Assembly (NCBI GenBank): GCA_037385045.1
Contig: JARRNJ010000017.1
Span: forward strand, 1,797-65,796
Direction: 5' to 3'
From: Gammaproteobacteria bacterium
GTDB lineage: Bacteria; Pseudomonadota; Gammaproteobacteria; JASBUN01
Length of the DNA: 64,000 bases
Part shown: positions 26,602 through 35,598 of the stretch, piece by piece
Layout: each line of letters starts with the position of its first letter
Numbering within the stretch: the first letter of the stretch is position 1
Translations under genes and position numbers: made by a program
Notes under the pieces: model-generated
Told to the model about the DNA's origin: nothing
The model's input: only the letters and a program-made list of their open reading frames with translations
The model's database searches: none

Positions 26602-26942
26602 AATCCCACCAGGTTGTTCGCACAATGGTCGCAGGAACGGTGGATGCGCTGCCCTTATCCACCCTACGTTTTTCGGGCGCGAGGATTATCGTAGGGTGGA
26701 TAAGCGCAGCGCATCCACCGCGCAACAACACGACCGGCGTCGCTGCCCGCCAGCGGCCTCGACCCGACCCGCAGCGCCTCAGGGGCGAATCGCCCCAGCG
26801 GCCGGGTGCATTTGGCACGCCGCACCGCAACTCAATTGCGCCCATAAGGCCATCTGCTTCATGCCAAACGCCGACTGCCGGGGCCGCTCACGCTTGCCTG
26901 TGTCCGATGCATCGCCCGGTGAACAACCTTGCGAGAAGGTGC
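26602..26942 (+). repeat. composite dispersed repeat, copy A (5' module, REP pair, spacer, 138-nt 3' module)
   Basis: The 5' module 26602-26674 and 3' module 26805-26942 match 36375-36447 and 36465-36602. The 3' module has 14 mismatches in 138 nt by hand alignment. It starts 7 nt after the SQR-like stop. Confidence 0.8.
26639..26719. repeat. inverted pair of REP-like units (GGTGGATGCGCTGC.CTTATCCACCCTACG)
   Basis: The unit at 26639-26668 has a reverse complement at 26690-26719. Each unit is itself an imperfect palindrome. It produces the CAALIHPT / VDKRSAST spurious ORF peptides. Confidence 0.8.
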
Positions 26943-27259
26943 AACTGGCCGTCCAGCCCCGGCACGTTGTTCATCAGGCGCCGGCCAGCCCGACGAGCAT
27001 GCCGAACGTGACCGCCGGGCTCGCGTTCTCCGTGCGCCTCCCGGCCGTTGAGGCACCCGTAGGGGGCGGTAACCCGGACAGGCCGGATGGAGTGAAACCT
27101 GATCCGGAACCCCGGGGCGGCTTCCGGATTCTGCGTTGCTCTATCCCGGCTGCTGCGATTACGGGTGGTGGGCCAGCGAAGCGCGCGCGCACGCCCAAAA
27201 CAAATCAATCTTCTCTGCGACCTTTGCGTCTCCGCGTCCTCCTCGTTATCGGCCCACGC

Positions 27260-27299
27260 ATGAAGCGAGCGCCGCTTCCCGGATTCCGCGTCGCTTCAT
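27260..27299. repeat. second REP-type hairpin (ATGAAGCGA..CCCGGATTCCGC..TCGCTTCAT)
   Basis: Imperfect palindrome read directly. It has the 'GGATGAAGCGACGCGGAATCCGGG' look of REP families in other proteobacteria. Only one copy in the window. Confidence 0.55.
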
Positions 27300-27368
27300 C
27301 CGGGCTGTTTCGAATGCGGCCGGCACATCCTACGGAGGGGTCACAGCCAGGCCTTCACCCCGAACGGA

Positions 27369-28625
27369 TCAGCCGGCATCGGCGCAGCGGATGCAATTGC
27401 CCCCGGCGGACTTGGCTCGATACATGGCTTTGTCCGCGTTGTGCATCAAGCGGTCGAGGTCGGCGCCGTCGGCGGGAAAAATGCCGATGCCGAGACTCGC
27501 GCCCAGCCTCTGGCCGCCGCCGGCGACGTTGATCGGCTGGTTGATGGCGTGCAGCAGCTTCTCGGCCAACGGCACCGCGGTCTCGCGATCGGCAATACCC
27601 GGCAGCAGCACCACGAATTCGTCCCCGCCCACCCTCGCTGCCGTGTCCGAATCGCGCATGCAGTCAAGCAGGCGGCGGGCGATCGTCTTCAATGCACGGT
27701 CCCCCGCATTGTGTCCCAGCGTGTCGTTGATCGATTTGAAGCCGTCCAGGTCCAGGTAGATCAGGGCAAAGCCGCCCTGTTGACGCCTTGCCGCCGCTAT
27801 TGCCTGGCGGGCACGGTCGGACAATAACAATCGATTGGGCAGACCCGTGACGTTGTCGTGCAGGGCCAGTTCGGTGACGCGCTGTTGGGCCTGCACCTGA
27901 GAGGTAACCTCGGAGAATGCGATAAGGCCCGCAGGGCGTCCTTCCCAGGTCACGGTCGAGGCGTGCACCCGCCAGACGACGGGAGAGCCGTCCTTGCGGG
28001 TCATGCGCAGGTCGTAACAGGCGGGCGCATCGTCACCCGCCATGCGCTGGCGATGGAGTTCGGCCAGCATGTCCCGGTCGGCCTCATCGACCATGGGCAA
28101 AAACGAGCGGCCGATCACTTCGTCACGGTCGTAGCTGATCATCTCCAGGCAGGCGGCATTGGCGTAGCGGACGACACCGTCCTGGGCGATCACCACGCCC
28201 AGCGGAAGATTTTCCAGGAAACCCCGGTGCTCAGCTTCGGACTTGCGCAGGGCTGCCTCCGAGCGCCGCAGGGCGGTGACATTGTTGCCCACCAGCAGTA
28301 GGTACGGCCCGCCGGCGGCTTCGATCTTCGCCCCACCCAACAGAAAGTCGACCGCGTCGCCCGCCTTGGTGAGGAACGTCACTTCCCAATCCCGTATATA
28401 TCCGCGCTCGTTGATCTGTTCGACGAGCCGCCCGCGGTCTCGTTCCATGTTCGTCCAGATCTCCAGTTCCCGCGCGGTGTGCCCGATGACCTCTTCGCGC
28501 GTGTAACCGAACACCCTCAGAAAGGCCGCGTTTACGTCCACGTAGCGGCCGTCCGCTAATCGCGACAGCGTCATCGGTTCGGGATTGATGTGGAAGATCG
28601 CTTCGAGGATTTCGCCGTGCAGCAT
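27369..28625 (-). CDS. PAS-PAS-GGDEF diguanylate cyclase
   Basis: Two PAS/PAC modules, GLPNRLLL, and RVGGDEF. Confidence 0.93.
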   Translation of the reverse strand: MLHGEILEAIFHINPEPMTLSRLADGRYVDVNAAFLRVFGYTREEVIGHTARELEIWTNMERDRGRLVEQINERGYIRDWEVTFLTKAGDAVDFLLGGAKIEAAGGPYLLLVGNNVTALRRSEAALRKSEAEHRGFLENLPLGVVIAQDGVVRYANAACLEMISYDRDEVIGRSFLPMVDEADRDMLAELHRQRMAGDDAPACYDLRMTRKDGSPVVWRVHASTVTWEGRPAGLIAFSEVTSQVQAQQRVTELALHDNVTGLPNRLLLSDRARQAIAAARRQQGGFALIYLDLDGFKSINDTLGHNAGDRALKTIARRLLDCMRDSDTAARVGGDEFVVLLPGIADRETAVPLAEKLLHAINQPINVAGGGQRLGASLGIGIFPADGADLDRLMHNADKAMYRAKSAGGNCIRCADAG

Positions 28626-28869
28626 CTCCCGCCCCCTCTCCCGTCATGCCGCGCAACCAACCGCCTGATGCAAGTATGCCAAAAGCGTGCGCGCAGACAA
28701 AATCGCAAAAATACTGGTGATGAGCTGCGCTGAGGTGCAATCGACCGCGCGCGGCGCTTTGTCCCCGGCGGACGCGGCCAGGATCGGTGCGCCGAAACAA
28801 TGGGTCCACGTGCAGGCGCTCACCGGTCCAATCGCCCGTTGCGGCTCGGGGCGCTGCTACAGTTGCCTA

Positions 28870-29622
28870 TTACCGGCCCGGAAATGGTGTGCGCCAGTCC
28901 GCCTCCAGCCAGTCCAGGATTCCCTGCCAGCAGTCGACATCCCGTTCATCCCGTTGGCGCGCCAACTCGTGTACACCAAGTCCGGTCTGGGCCGCCGCCA
29001 CGTAATTCTGGGTTTCCCGAACCTGGCCTACCAGGGGTATGTCCAAGGTGGCGATGAAGCGTCCGAGGGTCTCGAATGCGCGGGTGTTGCTCTTGACGCG
29101 ATTGGAAATGATACCGATGCGGATATTGCGGGCACGGAGCTTGCCGATCAGCAGCAGGTCGCGGATGAAGTCGGCCGTGGCGCCGATATCCATGGGCGAT
29201 GGAAGCACCGGTACGAGAATGACGTCCACGCCTTCGATGCGTTGCTGGATCTGCATGCGCTCCAGGCCGGCGGGAGTATCGTCGATGATGCGTTGGGTCC
29301 CGACCGGCATCCGCAGCTGCCAGCTGCGGGTAACACCGCTTTGCGGGCCGGCGTGTGCGGCAACGCCGTGTACAGGCGGCAGGCCGGCGCCGCGGAATCG
29401 CAGCCAGCGCATGCTGGCACCCAGCGGATCGTAGTCGAACAATGCAGGAGTCAGGCCGGCGACCGCGTAGCGGCTGGCCAGATTGGTCGCCACGGTGGTC
29501 TTGCCGCAGCCGCCCTTGGGGTTCATCACGGCAATCCGCCGCACGACGGCGGGCCGGGCCGGGGCGGGGGAGCCAGATTGAAGCGGTGCATGCATGCTTT
29601 GGTTATTCGTGAGCGATGACAT
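28870..29622 (-). CDS. ParA/MinD-family P-loop ATPase (orphan)
   Basis: Deviant Walker A NPKGGCGKTT, DTPAG (Walker A'), and VLVPVLPSPMD. No parB or parS seen nearby. Confidence 0.9.
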   Translation of the reverse strand: MSSLTNNQSMHAPLQSGSPAPARPAVVRRIAVMNPKGGCGKTTVATNLASRYAVAGLTPALFDYDPLGASMRWLRFRGAGLPPVHGVAAHAGPQSGVTRSWQLRMPVGTQRIIDDTPAGLERMQIQQRIEGVDVILVPVLPSPMDIGATADFIRDLLLIGKLRARNIRIGIISNRVKSNTRAFETLGRFIATLDIPLVGQVRETQNYVAAAQTGLGVHELARQRDERDVDCWQGILDWLEADWRTPFPGR

Positions 29623-29866
29623 GCGGCGTTCATTGCCGCGTTACCGCATGGTATAGAATAGTGCCGGCGCGCACATCAAGAGATGCCGATAACCGGGTTA
29701 ACGGCCCGTCCGCCGCCTTCCTGAAGACCGCCCGTTCCTACCGGGGACATGCGTCCGGCCAGGTTGGCCGGCGCCGCCGCACCGCGGCCGCGGCAAAAGC
29801 GAAACGGGTTCAGTCCCATGCAAGCGGTGAGGATCCACGGATCTCCACCGCCCGCCGATTTCAGTC

Positions 29867-31084
29867 TTAAGCCTCCGATGCCGTTTTCAGACCGTCGTCG
29901 TCGCCGTTATTGCGGGCGTCCTCGGCAAGCTCGCAACGGTCGCGCCCGGCGTGCTTGGCGCGGTAGAGCGCTGCGTCCGCGCGGCGCAGCAGGCTTTCGA
30001 TATCTTCATCCGGCTCGAGTTCGCCGACGCCGATGCTGACGGTGACGGCGAACGGCGCGTCGGCGGCGGATTGTCCGAGCGATTCCCGGGCAAATCCGGC
30101 GCGTACGCGCTCGGCCGCCATCAGCCCGTGTTCGGCCGAAGCGTCCGGCAGCAGAGCAACGAATTCCTCGCCGCCGAAGCGGCAGAACACGTCCTCGCGC
30201 CGCAACACTTTTCCGGCGACAGCGACAAACTGGCATAGCAGTGCGTCGCCGGCATCATGGCCAAGGCGGTCATTGACTTGCTTGAAGCGGTCGAGGTCCA
30301 TGACCAATACCGACAAAGGCCTGCCGTGACGTCGCGAACGCTGCATAGCCTGTTCCGCGATCAACGAAAACGAGCGGCGGTTGAGGGCGCCGGTCAGCGG
30401 GTCGCGATTGGCCTGACTGTCGAGGTCGGCCTGGAGTCGTTCGGCAGTCATCAACGCCATACCCAATGTCACGGCAATGGTCATGCCGAGCCACCAGAGC
30501 GGCACGAAGGGGGCGATTCCTTCAAGGTTCGCCGGCGACACCGCGTGGACGCCGTGATCGGCGGCGGTGATCAGGCGTACCAGAAAAACGCCCGCGTTGG
30601 CGGCGTAGGCCCATCCCGTGGCTCGCATGGCCAGCAGGTCGGGCTCGGGCGCGGCAAGCAACTCGCGTGCGATCAGTGCCGAGAGGATCGCGACCAGGAC
30701 GGCGTTGCCGCCCACCAGTACCTCCAACGACGCGTCGGCGCGTGACGCCACCAGCCAGCCCAACACTACCACGGCGATCGCCGCCAGTGCGCGAGTGGGC
30801 AGCGGCGGCCGGCCGATGAACCGCCGGAACCCGTCCCAGGCAAGGACCAGACCCGCCACGATCAATGCCTCGGCGAACGACAATGACACCAACCACGGAA
30901 TAGCGCCATGGGGGAGAATAAATGCCAGCGCGACGGTGCCGCAGGCTCCGGCCCATGCCCAACGGGCGAGTCCGGGGGTGGTAGGATGCATCCGCCAAAG
31001 CAGAACGCGCGCGGCCGTGCAAAATGCGCTCGCCAGCGCGACCGCCACCAGTAACGTGGGAATGTCCAGCGGCATGCTCCGCAA
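29867..31084 (-). CDS. membrane-bound GGDEF diguanylate cyclase (about 7 TM N-terminal sensor)
   Basis: GALNRRSF and RFGGEEF motifs. Hydrophobic N-terminal half. Confidence 0.9.
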   Translation of the reverse strand: MRSMPLDIPTLLVAVALASAFCTAARVLLWRMHPTTPGLARWAWAGACGTVALAFILPHGAIPWLVSLSFAEALIVAGLVLAWDGFRRFIGRPPLPTRALAAIAVVVLGWLVASRADASLEVLVGGNAVLVAILSALIARELLAAPEPDLLAMRATGWAYAANAGVFLVRLITAADHGVHAVSPANLEGIAPFVPLWWLGMTIAVTLGMALMTAERLQADLDSQANRDPLTGALNRRSFSLIAEQAMQRSRRHGRPLSVLVMDLDRFKQVNDRLGHDAGDALLCQFVAVAGKVLRREDVFCRFGGEEFVALLPDASAEHGLMAAERVRAGFARESLGQSAADAPFAVTVSIGVGELEPDEDIESLLRRADAALYRAKHAGRDRCELAEDARNNGDDDGLKTASEA

Positions 31085-31539
31085 GCCCTCCGTGTGCCGT
31101 TTCCGGGGTCCGTTGGTCTTGTGTTTCCGCGAGGTCCGGCAAGAGTGGATTGGCTTATACTACGCTAATTCCGGTCGCCGGACCGCGGCCGCGCGGCTTC
31201 TTGATATATCGCGTGATCAGTTAGGCAAATCGCGGAACGGCCCCGGGTCGGGTGTCGGAGTTCGGCCTGCTGTGCGCCGGTGACGGCGGTTCGGCGTATC
31301 CGAGCCGTTACCGGCGGCCCACGTCGGGCGTGCCGGCCGGCGTTCGATCCGCTCGGCCCGGCGTTCCGGAACGGCCGCTCCGCCGCTTCCACCATTGCCA
31401 CGGACGGTTCGTCGGCGGGGGCTGGTCGCGCGGCGCGCTGATGCCCGCGCTGAGCATCCGGGCTGCGGCCGTGGCCGGCGAACATGTCACCAGTTGTGGT
31501 TCGGAGCAAAGGGTGCGGCAGGGGCCGGCATCGGGTGGG

Positions 31540-31893
31540 TCAATCGCCGGCCGCCTGCTCCCCGGACCGGTCTCGCTTCCAGCCACAATGCATTCCGGTT
31601 CGAAACTGTTCCCGTTCCTCCGGCGTCATCGCATTGCAGCGCGCCTCCATGCGCCGGCGCCAATGCGAGTCGGGGCGGTGGCGGCCACGCAACCCGCCGA
31701 AGAGCAGGCGCGTCAGCACCAGGAGGCCCAGGGCCTGGAGGAAGTGAATTTCGGGCCAGCCGAACAGCGCCGGCGCCAGCCAGTTCCATAGCAGCATCAC
31801 GATCAGCCCGGCGGCAGCGATGCCCGCCAATGCCAGGAGCACGAACCTGAACCAGTGTTTTGCGCAGTGAGTGGGCATGTCGGGTGACCTCAT
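31540..31893 (-). CDS. small membrane protein co-translated with the ECF sigma factor (possible anti-sigma/partner)
   Basis: ATGA overlap with the sigma stop. Two TM helices (FVLLALAGIAAAGLIVMLLW; ALGLLVLTRLLFGG), then a basic tail containing MTPEEREQF. No zf-HC2 motif. Confidence 0.55.
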   Translation of the reverse strand: MRSPDMPTHCAKHWFRFVLLALAGIAAAGLIVMLLWNWLAPALFGWPEIHFLQALGLLVLTRLLFGGLRGRHRPDSHWRRRMEARCNAMTPEEREQFRTGMHCGWKRDRSGEQAAGD

Positions 31894-32447
31894 CTGTCGG
31901 TGAATTCGTCGCGGATCGCCTGCAGGCGCCGGCGCAGGTGCAGCACGGCGTAGCGCTTGCGCGCCAGCAGCGTGTTTACTCCAACGCCGCTTTCCGCAGC
32001 CAGTTCTTTGAAACTTCTTCCTTCCAGTTCGTGGGCCACGAATACCCGCCGCTGCTCCCGCGGGAGTTCAGCCAAAGCTGACTCCAACTGCTCCAGCATC
32101 ACGGCCCGCGCATACGCCGCCTCCGGCCCGGCGTCCGCTGCCGGCAGCAGCGCCTCCAGCCGGGGCGCGGACCGTTCGTGCTCCTGCGTTACGGCTTCGG
32201 CCAGGGCCTGCTCAGGTCTGCGGCGCCGGAATCGGTCAACAATGCGGTTGCGCGCCACTCGGAACAGCCATGCCCCGATCTGTTCGATGGGCTCCGGCAG
32301 TCGATACGCCTCGAGCAGGTCGAAAAACACGTCCTGGAGCACGTCCTCGGCATCCGCAGGCGTCGGTACCCGCCGGCGGATGAAGGTGAGCAAACGGCCG
32401 CGTTCGCGGACGACGGCCTCGGTAATCCTCTGGTCACGATCAGTCAT
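31890..32447 (-). CDS. ECF (sigma-70 family group 4) RNA polymerase sigma factor
   Basis: Region 2 DAEDVLQDVFFDLLE...AWLFRVARNRIVD. Region 4 LPREQRRVFVAHELEGRSFKELAAESGVGVNTLLARKRYA. Start could also be 32477 (MHTTLTH). Confidence 0.88.
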   Translation of the reverse strand: MTDRDQRITEAVVRERGRLLTFIRRRVPTPADAEDVLQDVFFDLLEAYRLPEPIEQIGAWLFRVARNRIVDRFRRRRPEQALAEAVTQEHERSAPRLEALLPAADAGPEAAYARAVMLEQLESALAELPREQRRVFVAHELEGRSFKELAAESGVGVNTLLARKRYAVLHLRRRLQAIRDEFTDR

Positions 32448-32770
32448 CGTCGCCGCGTGTGTCAGTGTGGTGTGCATGTGGATGAAGACGTTTCCGGGCC
32501 GGAAATATTGTACACGGGCGCGGGAGCACAACCGGACCGGAGAGGCCATCCGGCATCGGCTGTCTTCCGCCTGGCAGGCGCTTGGTGATTTCGCCCGGCG
32601 GCCGCAGCGAGCGGCAACGAACGTCGTGGGGCGGCGAAATCCACCGGCCGGGCGCTTGACGCGGCAGGCCAAATCATATCACCAGTCGTACCCCGCCCCG
32701 GTATGCGCGTGCCCCTGTTCAACCCTGCTTCATGTGCAATTTTTGTCATTGCCCGCACTTCGTATACTGG

Positions 32771-32827
32771 GGCCTGCTAGCGCTGCCGAAGCGCCGGCGG
32801 TAGGTGCCTCGGTAGCGTTAGCAGGCC
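32771..32827 (+). other. 57-nt extended hairpin in the 5' region of the 32889 gene
   Basis: ggcctgctagcgctgccgaagcgcc / ggcggta / ggtgcctcggtagcgttagcaggcc, with a few mismatches or wobbles. It lies directly after a TATACT hexamer. Confidence 0.4.
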
Positions 32828-32888
32828 CAAAAGCCGTGCCAGCTCCCGGGCCAGGGGCTTTCCACAACACCGCAACCGGAAACAAGCG

Positions 32889-33233
32889 ATGATTCTTTCC
32901 GCCATACTGCTGTTCGGGTTGGCCGTTGCCTTCGGCCTGTCGCTGATCGTCCTGGGCGTGCGCTATCACCGCGGTTCCCCGGCGCTGGGGTTGAGCCACG
33001 CCGGGATTGCCTCGCTGGCGTTGTCCCTGCTGGTGATACAGATCTTCCGCGACCACACGCGCCTGCTGTACAACGACGCGGCGCTGTTGTTTTTCCTTGC
33101 GCTGGCGGGCGGTATCGTTCTGCTGGCGGTGCGCGAAGGGCGCAAGCCGCCACCGATGGTGGTGGTCGGCATGCACGCGGCCATGGCGCTGGTGGCGTTT
33201 TTCCTATTGGTGAAGGGTTACGCGTTGGGCTGA
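32889..33233 (+). CDS. small 4-TM membrane protein, unknown function
   Basis: 114 aa, four hydrophobic helices, good third-position GC. No recognisable family. Confidence 0.55.
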   Translation: MILSAILLFGLAVAFGLSLIVLGVRYHRGSPALGLSHAGIASLALSLLVIQIFRDHTRLLYNDAALLFFLALAGGIVLLAVREGRKPPPMVVVGMHAAMALVAFFLLVKGYALG

Positions 33234-33472
33234 GCCGCCGACGCCGGGTGGGTGGCAGCGCCGCGCAGAGGGCTTCTCCCGCTCGGCGCGGTGAGACGAT
33301 CCCGCGCCACCGGAATCGACGCACCGACAAGCGGTCGTCGCAGCCCCGGTCCCCGTGCGGAGAGCCCCGTGGCCGAAGCCGATCGTCCGCCAGGCAGCAT
33401 TCCGGCCCGCAACGCGCAAATTTCGCCGTAACTGCTAGAGTCACATGGAATCCACTTGGCGGAGGCGCGTCG

Positions 33473-34054
33473 ATGGCCTTGTTCGTCGTCGGACTGACCC
33501 TGTTTTTCGCCGCGCACTCGGTGTCCATCGTTGCCGGGCCGTGGCGCGACCGTATGGTTGCGCGCCTCGGCGCGACGCGCTGGCAGGGTCTGTATTCGCT
33601 GGTGGCGGCCGCCGGCTTTGTGCTCATTGTGCAGGGTTACGGCGCCGCGCGTGAATCCGCGGCGATCGTCTACCAGCCGCCCTCCTGGGCGCACCACATC
33701 ACGTTCCTGTTCATGTTGCCGGTATTTCCGCTGCTGATCGCCGCCTATTTGCCGGGCCGCATCCGCGCGTTGACGCGGCACCCAATGCTGTTGGCGGTCA
33801 TTTTCTGGTCTGCGGGTCACCTGGCCGCCAACGGAACCGTGGCGGACGTGCTGTTGTTCGGAGTATTTCTGGTCTGGGCGGTGGCAGACCGCATCTCCAT
33901 GGCCTGCCGTACGCCGCGTGCGATCCCCGGTCTTCCGCCCGGCGTTCTGAATGATGTGATAGCGGTGGTGGCCGGCCTGGTTGTCTATCTGGCGTTTGTT
34001 TTCCGGGTCCATGTCTGGTTGTTCGGCGTTTCGCCGCTGGCGGCGATGGGCTAG
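33473..34054 (+). CDS. NnrU-family membrane protein
   Basis: Internal ATG after a GGAGG RBS. MALFVVGLTLFFAAHSV...RHPMLLAVIFWSAGHLAANG is the typical NnrU signature. Confidence 0.8.
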   Translation: MALFVVGLTLFFAAHSVSIVAGPWRDRMVARLGATRWQGLYSLVAAAGFVLIVQGYGAARESAAIVYQPPSWAHHITFLFMLPVFPLLIAAYLPGRIRALTRHPMLLAVIFWSAGHLAANGTVADVLLFGVFLVWAVADRISMACRTPRAIPGLPPGVLNDVIAVVAGLVVYLAFVFRVHVWLFGVSPLAAMG

Positions 34055-34063
34055 AGCGTCACC

Positions 34064-34495
34064 ATGGCCAGAAGAACGTTTCCCCTGTCCAAGGTTTGCG
34101 GTCTGCTGGAGCCGGGACCGGTGGTGCTGGTCACCACGGCCGACAACGGCCGGCGCAACGTCATGACCCTGTCGTGGCAGACCATGCTGGACTTCGAGCC
34201 GCCGCTCCTCGCTTGCGTGGTGAGCGATCGCGGCATCGACAAGTTCGCGCAGTTCGGACTCACCCCCGTCGCGGCTTCCAAGGTCAGTGCCCCATTGATC
34301 GCCGAATGCTACGCGAACCTGGAGTGTCGGGTGACCGACACACGCATGGTCCGCCGATACAACCTGTTCGTGCTGCAAGTGCTCCAGGCCTGGATGGATC
34401 GGACGGTCAAGGATCCGCGCACCCTGCATCACCGCGGGTACGGAGCGTTCATGGTGGCGGGCGGGAACATCGAGCTGCGGTCGAAAATGAGATGA
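34064..34495 (+). CDS. flavin reductase-like (FMN-binding split barrel) protein, apparently with an internal in-frame deletion
   Basis: LLEPGPVVLVTT, NVMTLSWQTM and HHRGYGAFMVAG match the family. ACVVSDR joins directly to GIDKFAQFGLT, where remembered homologues have about 36-40 more residues. 143 aa against about 185-190. Confidence 0.75.
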   Translation: MARRTFPLSKVCGLLEPGPVVLVTTADNGRRNVMTLSWQTMLDFEPPLLACVVSDRGIDKFAQFGLTPVAASKVSAPLIAECYANLECRVTDTRMVRRYNLFVLQVLQAWMDRTVKDPRTLHHRGYGAFMVAGGNIELRSKMR

Positions 34496-34640
34496 CTGCG
34501 CTTTTCAAATGGGCCTCCGAGGTATTGCCATCCGGCTGTCCCGCAACTCCGGGCCGTTTCTGTCCGGGTTCCGTTTCCGGGCTGATGCCTCGCGTCCGAC
34601 TGGGCTATGCTTGAGGGATTATCGCCGGATAGATCTTCTC

Positions 34641-35438
34641 ATGTGGCTACAAACCAGTTGTGACCTGGCGTTCGAAATCTCCGTGCCGACGCCCTTTGTG
34701 CTGATGCTGAGGCCGCGCAGTGGCGTCCACCAGTGGATCGCACGCGAGGAATACAGGCTGGATCCCAGCGTGCCGGTGTTCGAGTTCACGGATTCCTACG
34801 GCAACCTGTGCCAGCGTTTGATCGGGCCGCCCGGGCCGTTCACGATCCGGACGGCCGCTGAGGTTACGGTCGTCGATCGCATGGATGAAGCGCCGGGAGC
34901 GCCGTTCATCGAGGTTCAGAACCTGCCGGATGGTGTGCTCGCTTACCTGTTGCCCAGCCGCTATTGTGAGTCGGACCGTTTTGGTCAAATGGCGGCCGAA
35001 ATTGCCGCGGCCAGCGCGCCCGGGTACGATCAGGTGGCCGCCATTGCGGCCTGGGTGCGCGACAGCGTCCGCTATCAACCCGGCAGCAGCGAAATTCCCT
35101 TGTCTGCAGTGGAGGTCAATGCCCGGCGCGTGGGTGTCTGCCGGGACCTGGCGCACCTGGGAATTTCCTTGTGCCGCGGCCTGAGCATTCCTGCGCGGCT
35201 GGTCGTGGGTTATCTGTACGGCCTCGAGCCCATGGACCTGCATGCATGGTTCGAGGCCTACGTCGGGGGATGCTGGTACACGTTCGACGCGACTCAGCCG
35301 GAGCTGACGGGTGGCTACGTCGCGATCGGCTATGGGCGGGACGCAGCCGACGTGGCGGTCTACAACCAATTCGGGCCGGCAGTCTATCCGACGGATCAAC
35401 AGGTGCGCGTGGAACGCATAGAGCGCGACGACGGCTGA
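34641..35438 (+). CDS. transglutaminase-like cysteine peptidase family protein
   Basis: N-terminus CDLAFEISVPTPFVLMLRPRSG. Catalytic-type core VGVCRDLAHL ... HAWFEAY ... FDAT. Confidence 0.88.
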   Translation: MWLQTSCDLAFEISVPTPFVLMLRPRSGVHQWIAREEYRLDPSVPVFEFTDSYGNLCQRLIGPPGPFTIRTAAEVTVVDRMDEAPGAPFIEVQNLPDGVLAYLLPSRYCESDRFGQMAAEIAAASAPGYDQVAAIAAWVRDSVRYQPGSSEIPLSAVEVNARRVGVCRDLAHLGISLCRGLSIPARLVVGYLYGLEPMDLHAWFEAYVGGCWYTFDATQPELTGGYVAIGYGRDAADVAVYNQFGPAVYPTDQQVRVERIERDDG

Positions 35439-35598
35439 CCGGGCGTCGATGGCCGCGCCCTGTGTGGCGGCTCGTGACCGACCGCGGTCGTGTTGCGGTG
35501 CCGCGGGCCCGTTTGCGTGAACATATGACACGCGCTGGCGCCGTGTGCCGCAGGGAGTGCGTGTGCTTCCGGTAGACTGACCGCGAGGAGACACCATC

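Noticed and set aside
28626-29866. The two intergenic gaps flanking parA are both exactly 244 bp
   Set aside because: The two sequences show no similarity to each other, so this is coincidence.
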